Positions 10,088 through 20,860 of a DNA stretch of 57,263 bases are shown here, one piece after another (position 1 is the stretch's first letter; each line of letters opens with the position of its first letter). This stretch comes from a virus (lineage: Duplodnaviria; Caudoviricetes). The stretch lies in IMG/VR virus record IMGVR_UViG_3300042114_000075, positions 1 to 57,263 of that record; one strand, written 5' to 3'. The position numbers and the translations under genes are program-made. A model generated the notes under the pieces. The model made no database searches. It saw nothing but the letters and a program-made list of their open reading frames with translations, and was not told the origin of the DNA.

Positions 10088-11128
10088 ATGGCAACTTTCA
10101 CAGTAGATTTATTAACTGGCAACATATATTTATTTAATGGTGATTTTACTGGAAGTGGTAGTACACCAACTTCTGGCTCAACATATCCACAAGTTCAACT
10201 TTATGGTAATTTGCCTGCTGCTGGTATTGTGGGTGGTGAAATTTATGTAGTTAGACAAGGCACAAGTGGTGATGTTTTAAATAGAAAAAGTTCTGGTTTT
10301 TACTTTTCAACTGGTGCGGTTTGGAGATTTTTAGGTGACACGCCTGAATACTTTAAATCTGATGCATTCTTAGTATATGATAGCGTTAACTCAACAAAAG
10401 GATTGTCTTTTGTTACATCTGGTATTACAAGTGGCTTTAAGAAATTAACAGTACAAGATTCTGACGGTACGATTGCATACCTTTCAGATTTAAACACAAA
10501 AGTAGATGTTAGTGCATTTAATGACTATACTGGCACGACAGCACCAAACACATATGTATCTCAAACCACATTTAGTGGATATACGGGTACAACCCTATTA
10601 TTAATACAAAGTAAGCAAGATGTTTTGACTGCCGGTACGGGAATTTCAATTGCTGGTAATGTAATTAGTGTTACTGGAAGCAGTACAAGTATCAATAAAA
10701 GAATTCAAGTGGTTTGGACTGGTACTACAGCAACAACAAATGCTAATGTTGTTATTCCATTGGAAATTGTTTGGAATGTGATATCGGTCTCTGCTGATAC
10801 ATATTTATGGTCTGGTGGTTCTAATGTTTGGATTACGTCAGCAGGTACATATGAACTACAATATCATATAACATTGGTGAATGATACTGCGAACGAAACA
10901 CATAGTATTGGAGCAAATATATTGAAAAATGGTGTGGCGATACTAATTACTGCTGGTGCTGGAATTATTAGTGGTATTAGTGCAAGTGGTGAAATTTCGC
11001 TTCCACCGGTTGTATTAACATTTGCTGTTAATGATAAATTAGACTTAGCTGCGTTCAGAATTGGTGGCAGTGGTAATGCAAACTTAGTAAGTGGCTCAGT
11101 GTATTTAGTATTAAACAAACTAACTTAA
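10088..11128 (+). CDS. Virion fibre protein with C1q/BclA-C-like C-terminal domain
   Basis: YTGTTAP repeats; C-terminal beta-rich ITSAGTYELQYHITL..NDKLDL segment. Confidence 0.6.
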   Translation: MATFTVDLLTGNIYLFNGDFTGSGSTPTSGSTYPQVQLYGNLPAAGIVGGEIYVVRQGTSGDVLNRKSSGFYFSTGAVWRFLGDTPEYFKSDAFLVYDSVNSTKGLSFVTSGITSGFKKLTVQDSDGTIAYLSDLNTKVDVSAFNDYTGTTAPNTYVSQTTFSGYTGTTLLLIQSKQDVLTAGTGISIAGNVISVTGSSTSINKRIQVVWTGTTATTNANVVIPLEIVWNVISVSADTYLWSGGSNVWITSAGTYELQYHITLVNDTANETHSIGANILKNGVAILITAGAGIISGISASGEISLPPVVLTFAVNDKLDLAAFRIGGSGNANLVSGSVYLVLNKLT

Positions 11129-11134
11129 TAAATT

Positions 11135-14100
11135 ATGCAACAATATTTTCTATACAACGCAATATATGGTAATACCATAGTGGGCAAGAGTAATACTTCA
11201 TACTCTCCTGTTCCACCATACGATGAACTTTACATTGATTTCACAACACCTGATATTCAGCCACTATATCTATATAGAGTAGATAGTGGATTAACGTCAA
11301 TCATTGTTAATAGTCAAGATAATATTAATTCATATTTGGGTTCAAGTGGATTTACACATTCTGTTGATAGTAATGTGACATATGGGGAATTTACTGCAAA
11401 TACTACAACACAAAATGCTAAAATCGATGCATTAAGTGCATATACTACAACTGCTGGCTTACAACAAATCACAGCAATTAGTGCTACTACAACTATTGAA
11501 AGTACGTTTATTGGTGGTATTAAAACAGGTCACATCAGACCTACTGGTAATACCACAACTGCTATTCAAATTAGAAATGCAAGCGGTATTCCTATTATAA
11601 ATGTTGATTCTGTCAGTGGATTTACTGGCTTTAAAACAACAACACCATTAGGTCTTGTACATGCATATGGTACAGATGTGAATGGTAAAACACAGTCAAA
11701 TGCATTTATTATTGATGGTCTTTCAACAGCAGATAAAGATATTCAATGGGCAGAAAATGGTGTACCAAAATGGCTTGCAGAGATATATAGAAACGAAGAT
11801 GCTAAATTTTGGTATTTATATAATGTTGAAGACGATAATAGTCCAATTGTAATATCTGAAACAGGTCGTGTAGGTATTAATAACCCAAGTGATGTTCTGG
11901 ATTATCACTCGATTATGATTAATGGAGGTCTTGATGACTTGGTGGTTAGTGGATTATTTACACAGAGCTATAATGTTATTTTTGTTATTGAAATTGATTC
12001 AATTACTGGTATTACCGATACGTTCAAATGGAAAATTAGTGATGATGGTGGCAATACTTATGGTGCTTGGTCAGCATCAAGTGGATGTACTACTGGTGCA
12101 ACAACCATTATTTATGGTGTTGGTGTAGCGTTTGAAAATGTTACAGGACATACATTAGGAACTTCTTGGACATTTGTTGGATTTTCTCAACTTCCACTTG
12201 GTACGTTTGTAATATCACCAGTGGGATTAACAGAAGTATTATATAGCTTAGACTATACAACACCAACAATATCATATATCGATATTACTGGAAATATGAA
12301 TAGTAGTAATTTCGGTAATCTTATTACTATTTTCCCTACTGGTAGTACAGTAACTGCTATGTATAGTGGAACAAGAGTTCCGATTGATTCACTATATTTA
12401 AATTTAATAACGGCAGGTGCTGGTATTCAATTAGTTGCCGAATATTGGAATGGTAGTAGCTGGATTGTTATTGATGATGTGGTTAACAATTATAAAGACG
12501 GTACGTTTAATTTAACACGTTCTGGAGCAATTGCATGGGAAGCATCTACTTTGGGTGGTTGGATTCCCGCATATATGCAAGATTTGGTTGTGGATGAACA
12601 CGAATTATATTGGCTAAGAGCAAGAACCACTACAAGTCCAACAATTTCGCCAGTTGTGAATAGTTTGGCAAGAGGTGGTGATGTTAGATTAGGAGTAATG
12701 ACCTCTCCATTTGATGTTAAACCAAGTTTTTTTGTTGATAGTTTAGGAAGAACATCAATCGGTGGTGGTAATATCACTGGTAAGAATCTATTACAAATAA
12801 ATAAAAGCTATAATGTACCACCACCAACTGCTTTTCCAAGTCTTGTTGAAATAGATAGTGAAGATAGTGGTGCTGCGGATTTAAAAATCAGACTTTCATC
12901 TGACGATAATATTGGTGCTGGTATTGTTTTAGGTAATTCAAGAGGTACATTGGCTAATCAGACTAACGCAGTTAACGGTGATGAAACAGGACATTTAATA
13001 TTTAGAATATATGCTGGTAGTGTCCCCTTTAACTCGGGTAGTATTATTGGTAGATATCTTGGTGATGGAAATACTAAAAAATCTGCACTAATTCTATCAT
13101 CATATAATGATACAACATCTATTGAAACGATTAGACTACAGGGTGAACGTGTTGGTTTTGGTGGTGTTTCATCACCAACAGCAATCATACATATTACTGG
13201 TGGTACTACAAGTATTGCTCCACTGAGGTTTACAAGTGGTGCATTATTGTCTTCACCACAAACTGGTGGAGTAGAGTTTGATGGAAGTCAATGGTATGGC
13301 ACTACTGGAACTACAAGAAATACATTCGCATTTCTTGAAAGTCCTGTTTTTATTGGAATGCCAGAATTTCCTTCTGGAACAACATTTGCACAGGGTTTGA
13401 CGACATGCTCAATCAGACCATTGGTTGATAGCGTATGTTCAATACATATACGTAAAGCCAATAATATAACTCCAATTGTTACTTTTAATACACTTAGTGG
13501 CTTTACTGGCTTTGGTAAAACGCCTGATGCTTTGGTTAATTTATATGGTACTGATACATATCAAGATGCTGGTTGGAATTATCAAACAAATGGCGTAAGA
13601 CTTGATGGTTGTTTTGCCAGCGATAAAGATATTCAATGGTACAGTGAGGGTCAACCTAAATTCACAGCACAAATATATAGATGTGAAGATGGTAAATATT
13701 GGTATTTAAGTAGTCCACAAGGTAAAGTAAATCAGTTGACTGTTTCTGAAACGGGTAGGGTTGGTATTAACAATCAGAGTAATATCATGACTTATCATGC
13801 TATATTGGAAAATGGTGGTCCTAATGATATTGGTGTTGGTGGATTTTATACACAAAATTATACAACAGTATATCAAATTGAAATTGATGGTATTACTGGT
13901 ATAACAGATACATTTAAATGGAGAAAAAGTACTGATGAGGGACAGATATTTAATTCATGGTCACCTTCAAGTGGCTGTACTACTGGTACTACTGAATTAG
14001 AATACGGTGTAACAATTCAATTTGATAGTGTTATTGGACATACTCTGGGTACAAGATTTATTTTTACAGCGTTTGCTCAATTACCTGTTGGTTCATTGGT

Positions 14101-17100
14101 TGTGACTCCAAATAGTTTTACAGAAGTTCAAACTACTATTGATTATACTATTAGTGGCTCAACTGTGTATAATGATGTAACAGCAGAAGCAAATAGTAGT
14201 ACGTTTGGCTTGAATATTAAAATATTTGAAACAGGCACAACTGATAGTGCAATATATTTTGGTACGCTTGATAAATTAAATTCAATATTTGTAAATTTAT
14301 CACAGTTTGGTGTTGGTGTTACACTTATTGTAGAATATTGGACTGGTAGTGTTTGGGAAAATCTATCATTACTCAATAACTCATATATCGATGATACGGT
14401 GGATTTAACTAAAAGTGGTGCTGTTACTTGGGAAACCGGTTCAATGATAAATTGGATTCCAGCATATATGCCAAATTTAGTTGAAGATGGTTATCTGTTG
14501 TATTGGATAAGATTGAGAACATCAACCAACCCAACAGTATCACCAATTGCAATTAGTTTTGCAAGAAATGGAAAATATAGAATTGCTGTATTGTCGTCAC
14601 CATCAGATTTTAAACCAAGTTTCTATGTAGATAGTCTTGGTAGAACAAATGTTGGGGGTGGAAACATTACGGGTTGTAATTTATTACAAATAAATAAGGA
14701 TTACAACATGAAGACTGTGTCATTGGGTCGTAATAATTTAGTTGAAATTGACTCAAATTGTGCAGAAACTGTTGACTTAAAGATTAAATTATCTTCGAAT
14801 GATGCTTATAGCGGTGGTTTAACAATCGTTAAAACAAGGGGATGTTTGGCTTGTGCTTGTGATGTTCAATATAATGACATTCTTGGACATCTTGACTATC
14901 GTGCACAGGTTAATAATGCTGGTGGTAGCTTTAGCTGTATTTCATCACAATATAAAGGTAATGGCATTACGTGCTTTGCTGATTTGGTGTTTAGTACTGC
15001 TGGTGGTGGTTTTTCTGCTGAAAAAGTTAGAATAACTTCAAGTGGCACAACTGGTTTTGGTATTTCACCTACTGCTGTTATTCATGTAAAAGCAGGTACA
15101 ACAAGTATTGCTCCACTAAGATTTACAAGTGGTGCATTATTGACTTCACCACAATCAGGTGCTGTTGAGTTCTTAAGTGATAAATTTTATGGTACTACTA
15201 CTGGTGGTACAAGAAATACTTTCGCTTTCCTTGAAAGTCCACAATTTACTGGTGCTCCTAACTTACCTGTTGGAACAACATTAAATTCTCAGAGTTTATG
15301 TAATTACATCTTAACTTCTGGTGGTACAAACAATAGTGTGTTGTTAAATAAAGCTACTTTTGCTACATATACTGGCACAACTGCTCCTGCAACATATAAA
15401 ACAATTGCAAGCGTTGATTATTATACTGGCACAACTGCTCCTGCAACATATTTAACGAAAACTGTTTTTAACGCATTTACAGGAAGTACAGTACCAATTG
15501 TAAGCGTTGTAATTACTGGTGCTACAAATGGTTTAAATAAGCCAACTGTGCATAACGTTGAATTAGGTGGTAGCTTAACTAAAAATACTGTAATTACTGG
15601 TAGTACTTTCGATTTAACATTAAGCCCAAAAGCACTAAATCTACGTGCTGCTAATGGTGTTAGTGTTTGTGATGATAGTACAGCCGGTATTTGTATTCAC
15701 ACCAATGGTGGTAATATTGATATTAGAGGTAATAATGCCGTTAATATCGAAAAAACTAAATTAGTTTTAGGTGATACATTGGCTGCATTTACTGATAGTA
15801 GAGCAGTACCTGTTGGCATTCAATATAATGGTGATTATTCGGCTTCATATACAGCACGTTCACTTGTAGATAAAGCATATGTTGATGCTAATACTGGTGG
15901 TGGTGGACTTATAATAAAAACTGCCGTTACATTAGCGACAACTGGAAATTCTGGATTATCTGGATTAACCATAATTGATAGTATTCAGACAATGGCTGGT
16001 ATGAGAGTATTGGTGAAGAACCAAATTAATGGTGCTGATAATGGAGTATATTCTGCAAGTACTGGTACTTGGGGTCGTACATCTGACTTTGACCAAGATA
16101 TTGAAGTTGTAAATGGTTCATATTTCTATGTAATCACAGGTGCTACTAATGCAAGAAGTGCTTGGGTGTTAACAACACCAAACCCTATAACTGTTGGTGT
16201 GACTTTATTAACGTTTACTTTATTTAATACAGAATCGGGTGTTGTTGAAGGTAATGGAATATGCATTACACAATCAGGAGGAAATTATAATATTGCAGTT
16301 AAAACACCCCCTAATTCAAGTCTATGTACTGATAATAGTGGATTATATATAAACTGCGCAATTGCTGGAATTGGTTTGACTTATAATACTGGTGTATTGA
16401 ATGTTAATGGTTCTGCGCTTGCTGGCAATTCAATTTCTTGGACGGGTAATACTTTTAATGTTGACACTACTACTGGTACGTTGAACACTGCATTAAATTC
16501 TAAAACTAATGTTAGTGTATTTAATTCATTTACTGGTACAACACAAACATTGTATAATAACACACTAGAACCAACTGGATTTATAAATCAACAGAATTTA
16601 GATGTTACTTATAGTGTTGCTAATCGTACAATCAATATAACTGCAACAACTGGAACTATCCAATATTATTGGAGAGGTATTCTTCATGACCTTGGAACTT
16701 CATGGACTTCAACAGCACACACTAATGATTTGCAGGGATGGTATTTATATTCAACCGATGGTGATAATATTGTTTGGTCAACTGCTGATTGGAAATTTAG
16801 TGATTTACAAGTTGCAAGTCGTCAACCTAATGTGACATTTGGACTGAAAGAAATTCATGGTACTATGCCATATAGCGTTCATGAAGAACTTCACGATATT
16901 ATTGGAACATATGTTAATGCAGGATTCGGATTAACTTTTGGTAGCTATACCATACAACCTGCTGTGCCAAATAATGGTGACAATACTCCTTCATTTGATT
17001 CTGGTGTTATTCAGGATGAAGACTTACATACTGCAATTGCCGCATGGAATCAGGGTAGCTATACATTAGCATATTTTCCAAATACCACAAATGTTGTATT

Positions 17101-18895
17101 TGAGACAGGCGTAACTTCTATTTTTAAAACAGGTACAACATATCCACTAATTAATTCGTGGAACGGTGGTGTATTTAGTAATGTTGAAATGACAGATGGT
17201 TATTTTGCTAACTGGTATGCGTTTAGAATTCCCGTAACATCCGATGCTCATAGTCAAACATATCGTTTATTCATTGTTCAACCACAATATGAATATACTA
17301 CACTTTTATCTGCACAAGGCGAAAGCATTACATCACTACAATTAGATGGCTTGAAAAATAATTTTGATGAATATGTTCCTGTTGAAAGAATTACAATGGG
17401 TGCAAATGTTAATTATAGCGGTGCTACTGGTAGAGTTCGTATTGAAGCCGAAGGCATTTTGGTTGCAAATAAGTTTGGACGAGTTGGTAATATTGTTGGA
17501 GTTGGTACTACTGCTTCAAATGTTAGTGTTATGCCAACATCACCTTTCACAAGTACAAACTTACAAGGATTATCTGATGAATATGCTGCTGCGATAACCG
17601 CAAGATTAACTACAAGTAGTTTCAATTCATTTACTGGTACAACATTACCCGCAAACTATTACAATAAGGCTCAAATTAATGCATATACTGGTGCAACTGC
17701 AACAGCCATCAGTTTGAAAGCACCAATTACAAGTCCTACTTTCTTGGTAAGCGCAAATGCACCTAATCCTGCATTAAATGATAAGAGTACCCGCATTGCA
17801 ACAACATGCTGGTATTCATGTCAGTGTGCAACTGCGTTACCATTAATGGATGGAACTGCTAATGTTGGAACATCATTATTGTGGACTAAACAAGACCACG
17901 TACACCCAAGTGATACTTCAAGACTATCTACTACTTCATTCGCTACATATAGTGGTACAACTGCTCCTGCAGCATTTGCAACTAAAGCTTTTGTAAGCAA
18001 CTATACTGGCACAACTGCACCTGCAACTTATTTGAGTAAAACTGATTTTAACACATATTCTGGCACAACTGTACCAAATACTTATTATAATAAGATATGT
18101 ATTAATGCATATACTGCTTCAACTGCAACTGCAATTAACTTAAAAGCACCAATTACAAGTCCTACTTTCTTAGTAAGTGCAAGGTCAGTTACACCTATTG
18201 TTAACGATAATAGTACATGTATTGCTACTACTGCTTGGTATATTGGTCAGGGTGGTACTGCAACTCCGTTAATGGATAATATTGGTGCATGTGGTACATC
18301 AAACTTGTTTGCACGCCAAGACCATGTACATCCAAGTGATACTTCAAGGGTGGCAAAGTCTGGTGATACAATGACAGGTGCGTTGATAATAAACTCAGAT
18401 TTAACGGTAACTGGTGTTACTAAATTGGGTAATGTTACTCCAGATGTCAATCAACAGAATTTTACTGTTATTGATGTAACAACAAATAAAATAGCAGATA
18501 GTGGTACTAAGTTCCATGTTTATGGTAGTGAATATCAACTTGCAAGTGATTTGACAAGTACTTCAACAACAAGTTTAAGTCCTGTCATTAAAGTAACAAT
18601 GACAACCACAAGTTTACCTGCTGGTACGTATAAGATTGTTGTGCATTGGGTGTGGAGTCGTAATACAACATCAACTTCAGCAAGATTTGATGTTACTATT
18701 GGTGGTATTGCACAAGGTACAAGACCGACAATGGAAATGGAATCAGGTGATGTTACTGACATTAGACCTGAAACCAGAATATTTTATAAAGCACTTTCAG
18801 GAGTTAATACTATAGAGTTTAGACATTGGGCAGAAAACGTTGGAAATTCTACAGTTACCTCAGACGCAACAATTGAATTAATTAGAGTAACATAA
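11135..18895 (+). CDS. Giant (2586 aa) tail fibre/virion protein with internal duplication
   Basis: Duplicated block of about 620 aa; ATTGN..LSG..IDS....GMRVLVKNQ...NGVY phage fibre domain; APITSPTF, DHVHPSD and YTGTTAPATY repeats. Confidence 0.8.
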   Translation: MQQYFLYNAIYGNTIVGKSNTSYSPVPPYDELYIDFTTPDIQPLYLYRVDSGLTSIIVNSQDNINSYLGSSGFTHSVDSNVTYGEFTANTTTQNAKIDALSAYTTTAGLQQITAISATTTIESTFIGGIKTGHIRPTGNTTTAIQIRNASGIPIINVDSVSGFTGFKTTTPLGLVHAYGTDVNGKTQSNAFIIDGLSTADKDIQWAENGVPKWLAEIYRNEDAKFWYLYNVEDDNSPIVISETGRVGINNPSDVLDYHSIMINGGLDDLVVSGLFTQSYNVIFVIEIDSITGITDTFKWKISDDGGNTYGAWSASSGCTTGATTIIYGVGVAFENVTGHTLGTSWTFVGFSQLPLGTFVISPVGLTEVLYSLDYTTPTISYIDITGNMNSSNFGNLITIFPTGSTVTAMYSGTRVPIDSLYLNLITAGAGIQLVAEYWNGSSWIVIDDVVNNYKDGTFNLTRSGAIAWEASTLGGWIPAYMQDLVVDEHELYWLRARTTTSPTISPVVNSLARGGDVRLGVMTSPFDVKPSFFVDSLGRTSIGGGNITGKNLLQINKSYNVPPPTAFPSLVEIDSEDSGAADLKIRLSSDDNIGAGIVLGNSRGTLANQTNAVNGDETGHLIFRIYAGSVPFNSGSIIGRYLGDGNTKKSALILSSYNDTTSIETIRLQGERVGFGGVSSPTAIIHITGGTTSIAPLRFTSGALLSSPQTGGVEFDGSQWYGTTGTTRNTFAFLESPVFIGMPEFPSGTTFAQGLTTCSIRPLVDSVCSIHIRKANNITPIVTFNTLSGFTGFGKTPDALVNLYGTDTYQDAGWNYQTNGVRLDGCFASDKDIQWYSEGQPKFTAQIYRCEDGKYWYLSSPQGKVNQLTVSETGRVGINNQSNIMTYHAILENGGPNDIGVGGFYTQNYTTVYQIEIDGITGITDTFKWRKSTDEGQIFNSWSPSSGCTTGTTELEYGVTIQFDSVIGHTLGTRFIFTAFAQLPVGSLVVTPNSFTEVQTTIDYTISGSTVYNDVTAEANSSTFGLNIKIFETGTTDSAIYFGTLDKLNSIFVNLSQFGVGVTLIVEYWTGSVWENLSLLNNSYIDDTVDLTKSGAVTWETGSMINWIPAYMPNLVEDGYLLYWIRLRTSTNPTVSPIAISFARNGKYRIAVLSSPSDFKPSFYVDSLGRTNVGGGNITGCNLLQINKDYNMKTVSLGRNNLVEIDSNCAETVDLKIKLSSNDAYSGGLTIVKTRGCLACACDVQYNDILGHLDYRAQVNNAGGSFSCISSQYKGNGITCFADLVFSTAGGGFSAEKVRITSSGTTGFGISPTAVIHVKAGTTSIAPLRFTSGALLTSPQSGAVEFLSDKFYGTTTGGTRNTFAFLESPQFTGAPNLPVGTTLNSQSLCNYILTSGGTNNSVLLNKATFATYTGTTAPATYKTIASVDYYTGTTAPATYLTKTVFNAFTGSTVPIVSVVITGATNGLNKPTVHNVELGGSLTKNTVITGSTFDLTLSPKALNLRAANGVSVCDDSTAGICIHTNGGNIDIRGNNAVNIEKTKLVLGDTLAAFTDSRAVPVGIQYNGDYSASYTARSLVDKAYVDANTGGGGLIIKTAVTLATTGNSGLSGLTIIDSIQTMAGMRVLVKNQINGADNGVYSASTGTWGRTSDFDQDIEVVNGSYFYVITGATNARSAWVLTTPNPITVGVTLLTFTLFNTESGVVEGNGICITQSGGNYNIAVKTPPNSSLCTDNSGLYINCAIAGIGLTYNTGVLNVNGSALAGNSISWTGNTFNVDTTTGTLNTALNSKTNVSVFNSFTGTTQTLYNNTLEPTGFINQQNLDVTYSVANRTINITATTGTIQYYWRGILHDLGTSWTSTAHTNDLQGWYLYSTDGDNIVWSTADWKFSDLQVASRQPNVTFGLKEIHGTMPYSVHEELHDIIGTYVNAGFGLTFGSYTIQPAVPNNGDNTPSFDSGVIQDEDLHTAIAAWNQGSYTLAYFPNTTNVVFETGVTSIFKTGTTYPLINSWNGGVFSNVEMTDGYFANWYAFRIPVTSDAHSQTYRLFIVQPQYEYTTLLSAQGESITSLQLDGLKNNFDEYVPVERITMGANVNYSGATGRVRIEAEGILVANKFGRVGNIVGVGTTASNVSVMPTSPFTSTNLQGLSDEYAAAITARLTTSSFNSFTGTTLPANYYNKAQINAYTGATATAISLKAPITSPTFLVSANAPNPALNDKSTRIATTCWYSCQCATALPLMDGTANVGTSLLWTKQDHVHPSDTSRLSTTSFATYSGTTAPAAFATKAFVSNYTGTTAPATYLSKTDFNTYSGTTVPNTYYNKICINAYTASTATAINLKAPITSPTFLVSARSVTPIVNDNSTCIATTAWYIGQGGTATPLMDNIGACGTSNLFARQDHVHPSDTSRVAKSGDTMTGALIINSDLTVTGVTKLGNVTPDVNQQNFTVIDVTTNKIADSGTKFHVYGSEYQLASDLTSTSTTSLSPVIKVTMTTTSLPAGTYKIVVHWVWSRNTTSTSARFDVTIGGIAQGTRPTMEMESGDVTDIRPETRIFYKALSGVNTIEFRHWAENVGNSTVTSDATIELIRVT
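11513..15247 (+). repeat. Diverged tandem duplication inside the 2586-aa gene (about 11513-13350 and 13391-15247)
   Basis: Paired motifs DKDIQW, SETGRVGINN, ITGITDTFKW, WIPAYM, VDSLGRT, TTSIAPLRFTSGALL, RNTFAFLESP. Confidence 0.9.
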
Positions 18896-18905
18896 AAAAT
18901 ATTAT

Positions 18906-19613
18906 ATGAAAAAATATTTGTTAGCATATCAAATAAGTGGTCAAACAGTCGGAATTGATATTAAGTCATGGAATACTGATGACCTCAACAATAAAGCACC
19001 ATTTATGATTATTAATAGTGGTGATACAATTCCTGTTGGCTATGCCAACATATCTTCAATTGTCAATTGGGATAGTTTTGGTGAAGGCTATGCCAATGAC
19101 TATTTGGTTGTTCGTTTTGAAATAAAAGCATTGTTACTTGAAAAAGGTTGGGCAAATCTAACTAATACTGAAAAAGATTTATGCATAAAGCACTATGTTG
19201 GTGATACTACCGATGCTGTTATTTATTTAATGGGTAATGGCTATCCACAAGAAATGGCACAGGGATTTGTTTTACAAGCTTGGCATAAATATCATGCTAA
19301 ACTGCTTGAAGCCTGTCAGCAAAGACTATATTACTTAAAATTTATTGCACCACAATTCTTATCGTTAGAAGATAGTGAAAAACTATTTGATAATGCACAG
19401 ATGTTAATCTATGAATTTACTCAATTAGGTCGCTTTGGTCTTGCAAATGGTGATAAGAAGTCTGGAATTGTCGACTATTTAATGTCAACAAATGCCTATG
19501 TTGGCGTAGGTATGGAAGAAAGTGGTATTACCCTACTTCAAGGAACTTGGGATTATTTTAGAAATGAGTTAATTAAAATAACGATGTATGGTATTTATAC
19601 TAAATATCAATAA
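18906..19613 (+). CDS. Hypothetical protein
   Basis: 235-aa ORF tightly following the fibre gene; no recognised motif. Confidence 0.7.
   Translation: MKKYLLAYQISGQTVGIDIKSWNTDDLNNKAPFMIINSGDTIPVGYANISSIVNWDSFGEGYANDYLVVRFEIKALLLEKGWANLTNTEKDLCIKHYVGDTTDAVIYLMGNGYPQEMAQGFVLQAWHKYHAKLLEACQQRLYYLKFIAPQFLSLEDSEKLFDNAQMLIYEFTQLGRFGLANGDKKSGIVDYLMSTNAYVGVGMEESGITLLQGTWDYFRNELIKITMYGIYTKYQ
19591..19598 (+). promoter_or_regulatory. GTATTTAT putative late promoter inside 3' end of upstream gene
   Basis: Motif 39 nt before ATG 19638; may be chance because it is in coding sequence. Confidence 0.35.
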
Positions 19614-19637
19614 CAATTATTAAATAAAAACAAGCAT

Positions 19638-20030
19638 ATGAATGAAATAATTAAAATCCTTTTCGGTGAGTTTACTTTTGCTCAATTATTTGGATACCTT
19701 TGGTTCTTTATAATTGGTTACATTATTTATGGTCTAACGGAAGTTACTGGTCGTAACCCACAAAGTCCCGCAACACCCGTAAAATTTAGTTGGAAATTCT
19801 GGTTTCATGACAACTGGCGTAGATATTTAACTACGATTTTATGTACGTATATTCTTTTCAGATTTTATGCGGAAGTTAATGGACAGACATTCACTTATTT
19901 CGATGCAGTAACGTTAGGTCTTATTGGTGACGGTATTGCTGCCACCGTGAAAAACAGATTTAAGACAGTTGGTGGAAATAGAAGCGGACTCACAACTAAG
20001 ATAAATGAAGAACAAGAACAACAGCCATAA
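19638..20030 (+). CDS. Small membrane protein (holin-like topology)
   Basis: Two to three hydrophobic segments and a charged C-terminal tail; function inferred. Confidence 0.5.
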   Translation: MNEIIKILFGEFTFAQLFGYLWFFIIGYIIYGLTEVTGRNPQSPATPVKFSWKFWFHDNWRRYLTTILCTYILFRFYAEVNGQTFTYFDAVTLGLIGDGIAATVKNRFKTVGGNRSGLTTKINEEQEQQP

Positions 20031-20443
20031 TGAATTACTGGACATTTGACAAACACAATTTCTTTATCAAGAAGGATAGTACCCTTCCTGAATTAAAATA
20101 TCCGCTTGTTCAACAAGAAAGGGAGCAATATGATATTACTGACGACATGCTTCAAAATGTCGCAGTGACCTTTTCTATGATTGATGCAATGACTGGATTA
20201 TATCGTATTGCGAATGTCGCAGCAAACATTGTTATTGTTAATGACCCTGCAAGTCATCCAGACGAAGAAAAATACACACTAACATATAGATTCAAATTAC
20301 CACAAACAGCAAAGGCTGGAAGGTATTTAGGAAATTTTACCGTAGACTTTTTGGGAAATAATTGTGGTAAAATTGGATTGCCTGTTAGTGGATTCATTAA
20401 TATTATAATATCTGATTCATTAACAAAAACTACTGTTATCTAA
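20030..20443 (+). CDS. BppU-like baseplate/virion protein
   Basis: FFIKKDSTLP.L..VTFSM..YRF...TAKAGRYLGNFTVDF pattern resembles BppU N-terminal domains. Confidence 0.5.
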   Translation: MNYWTFDKHNFFIKKDSTLPELKYPLVQQEREQYDITDDMLQNVAVTFSMIDAMTGLYRIANVAANIVIVNDPASHPDEEKYTLTYRFKLPQTAKAGRYLGNFTVDFLGNNCGKIGLPVSGFINIIISDSLTKTTVI

Positions 20444-20449
20444 CCAACC

Positions 20450-20747
20450 TCAACGTAATCTTTTTACTATTTTATAAATAAACATATAATTTTTATTATA
20501 AATTATTTGTAATTCTGATATCGGAATTCCTTTATCGGAATCTTTTCGAATTGCAATGACTTCATTTTCATTTGTGATAGACATGGCATTTTTTTCACCT
20601 CTATTTTTTATTTTATTGTTTTTTATTGATTTACTTGGTTTTTCTGGTTTAATTATAAATTTACCATCTTTCACTGATGTCTTTAGCACTTCCAACATAT
20701 TTTTTACCATCGAAAAAATTTTCAATCACACATATTCCAGATTTCAT
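20450..20747 (-). pseudogene. Decayed GIY-YIG homing endonuclease
   Basis: Minus-strand ATG at 20747 reads MKSGICVIENFFDGKKYVGSAKDISERW*; another frame gives RGEKNAMSITNENEVIAIR..IYKIVKRLR DNA-binding tail; middle missing. Confidence 0.75.
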
Positions 20748-20759
20748 ATGAATTTTAAC

Positions 20760-20767
20760 ATAAATAC
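20760..20767 (-). promoter_or_regulatory. GTATTTAT putative late promoter on minus strand
   Basis: 12 nt upstream of the only minus-strand gene (ATG 20747). Confidence 0.6.
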
Positions 20768-20808
20768 TTTAAACTTAAATTTCTATCATTAAAATTGTGG
20801 TAAATTCA

Positions 20809-20839
20809 TTGTACCCAATAAAATTATGTTATATATTTG
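20809..20839 (+). promoter_or_regulatory. Bacteroidota-type housekeeping sigma promoter
   Basis: TTG (20809-11), 20-nt spacer, TATATTTG (20832-39); fits TTTG-N19-21-TAnnTTTG; precedes helicase ATG 20861. Confidence 0.7.
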
Positions 20840-20860
20840 CACACAAAATTATTAAATAAT

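Noticed and set aside
15368-15451. CRISPR-like direct repeats
   Set aside because: Only two 30-bp copies, in frame within a gene and encoding YTGTTAPATY; no array or cas genes
2609-18895. Diversity-generating retroelement acting on fibre repeats
   Set aside because: No reverse transcriptase in the window; differences between near-repeats such as 6921 vs 9099 are mostly synonymous and not adenine-specific
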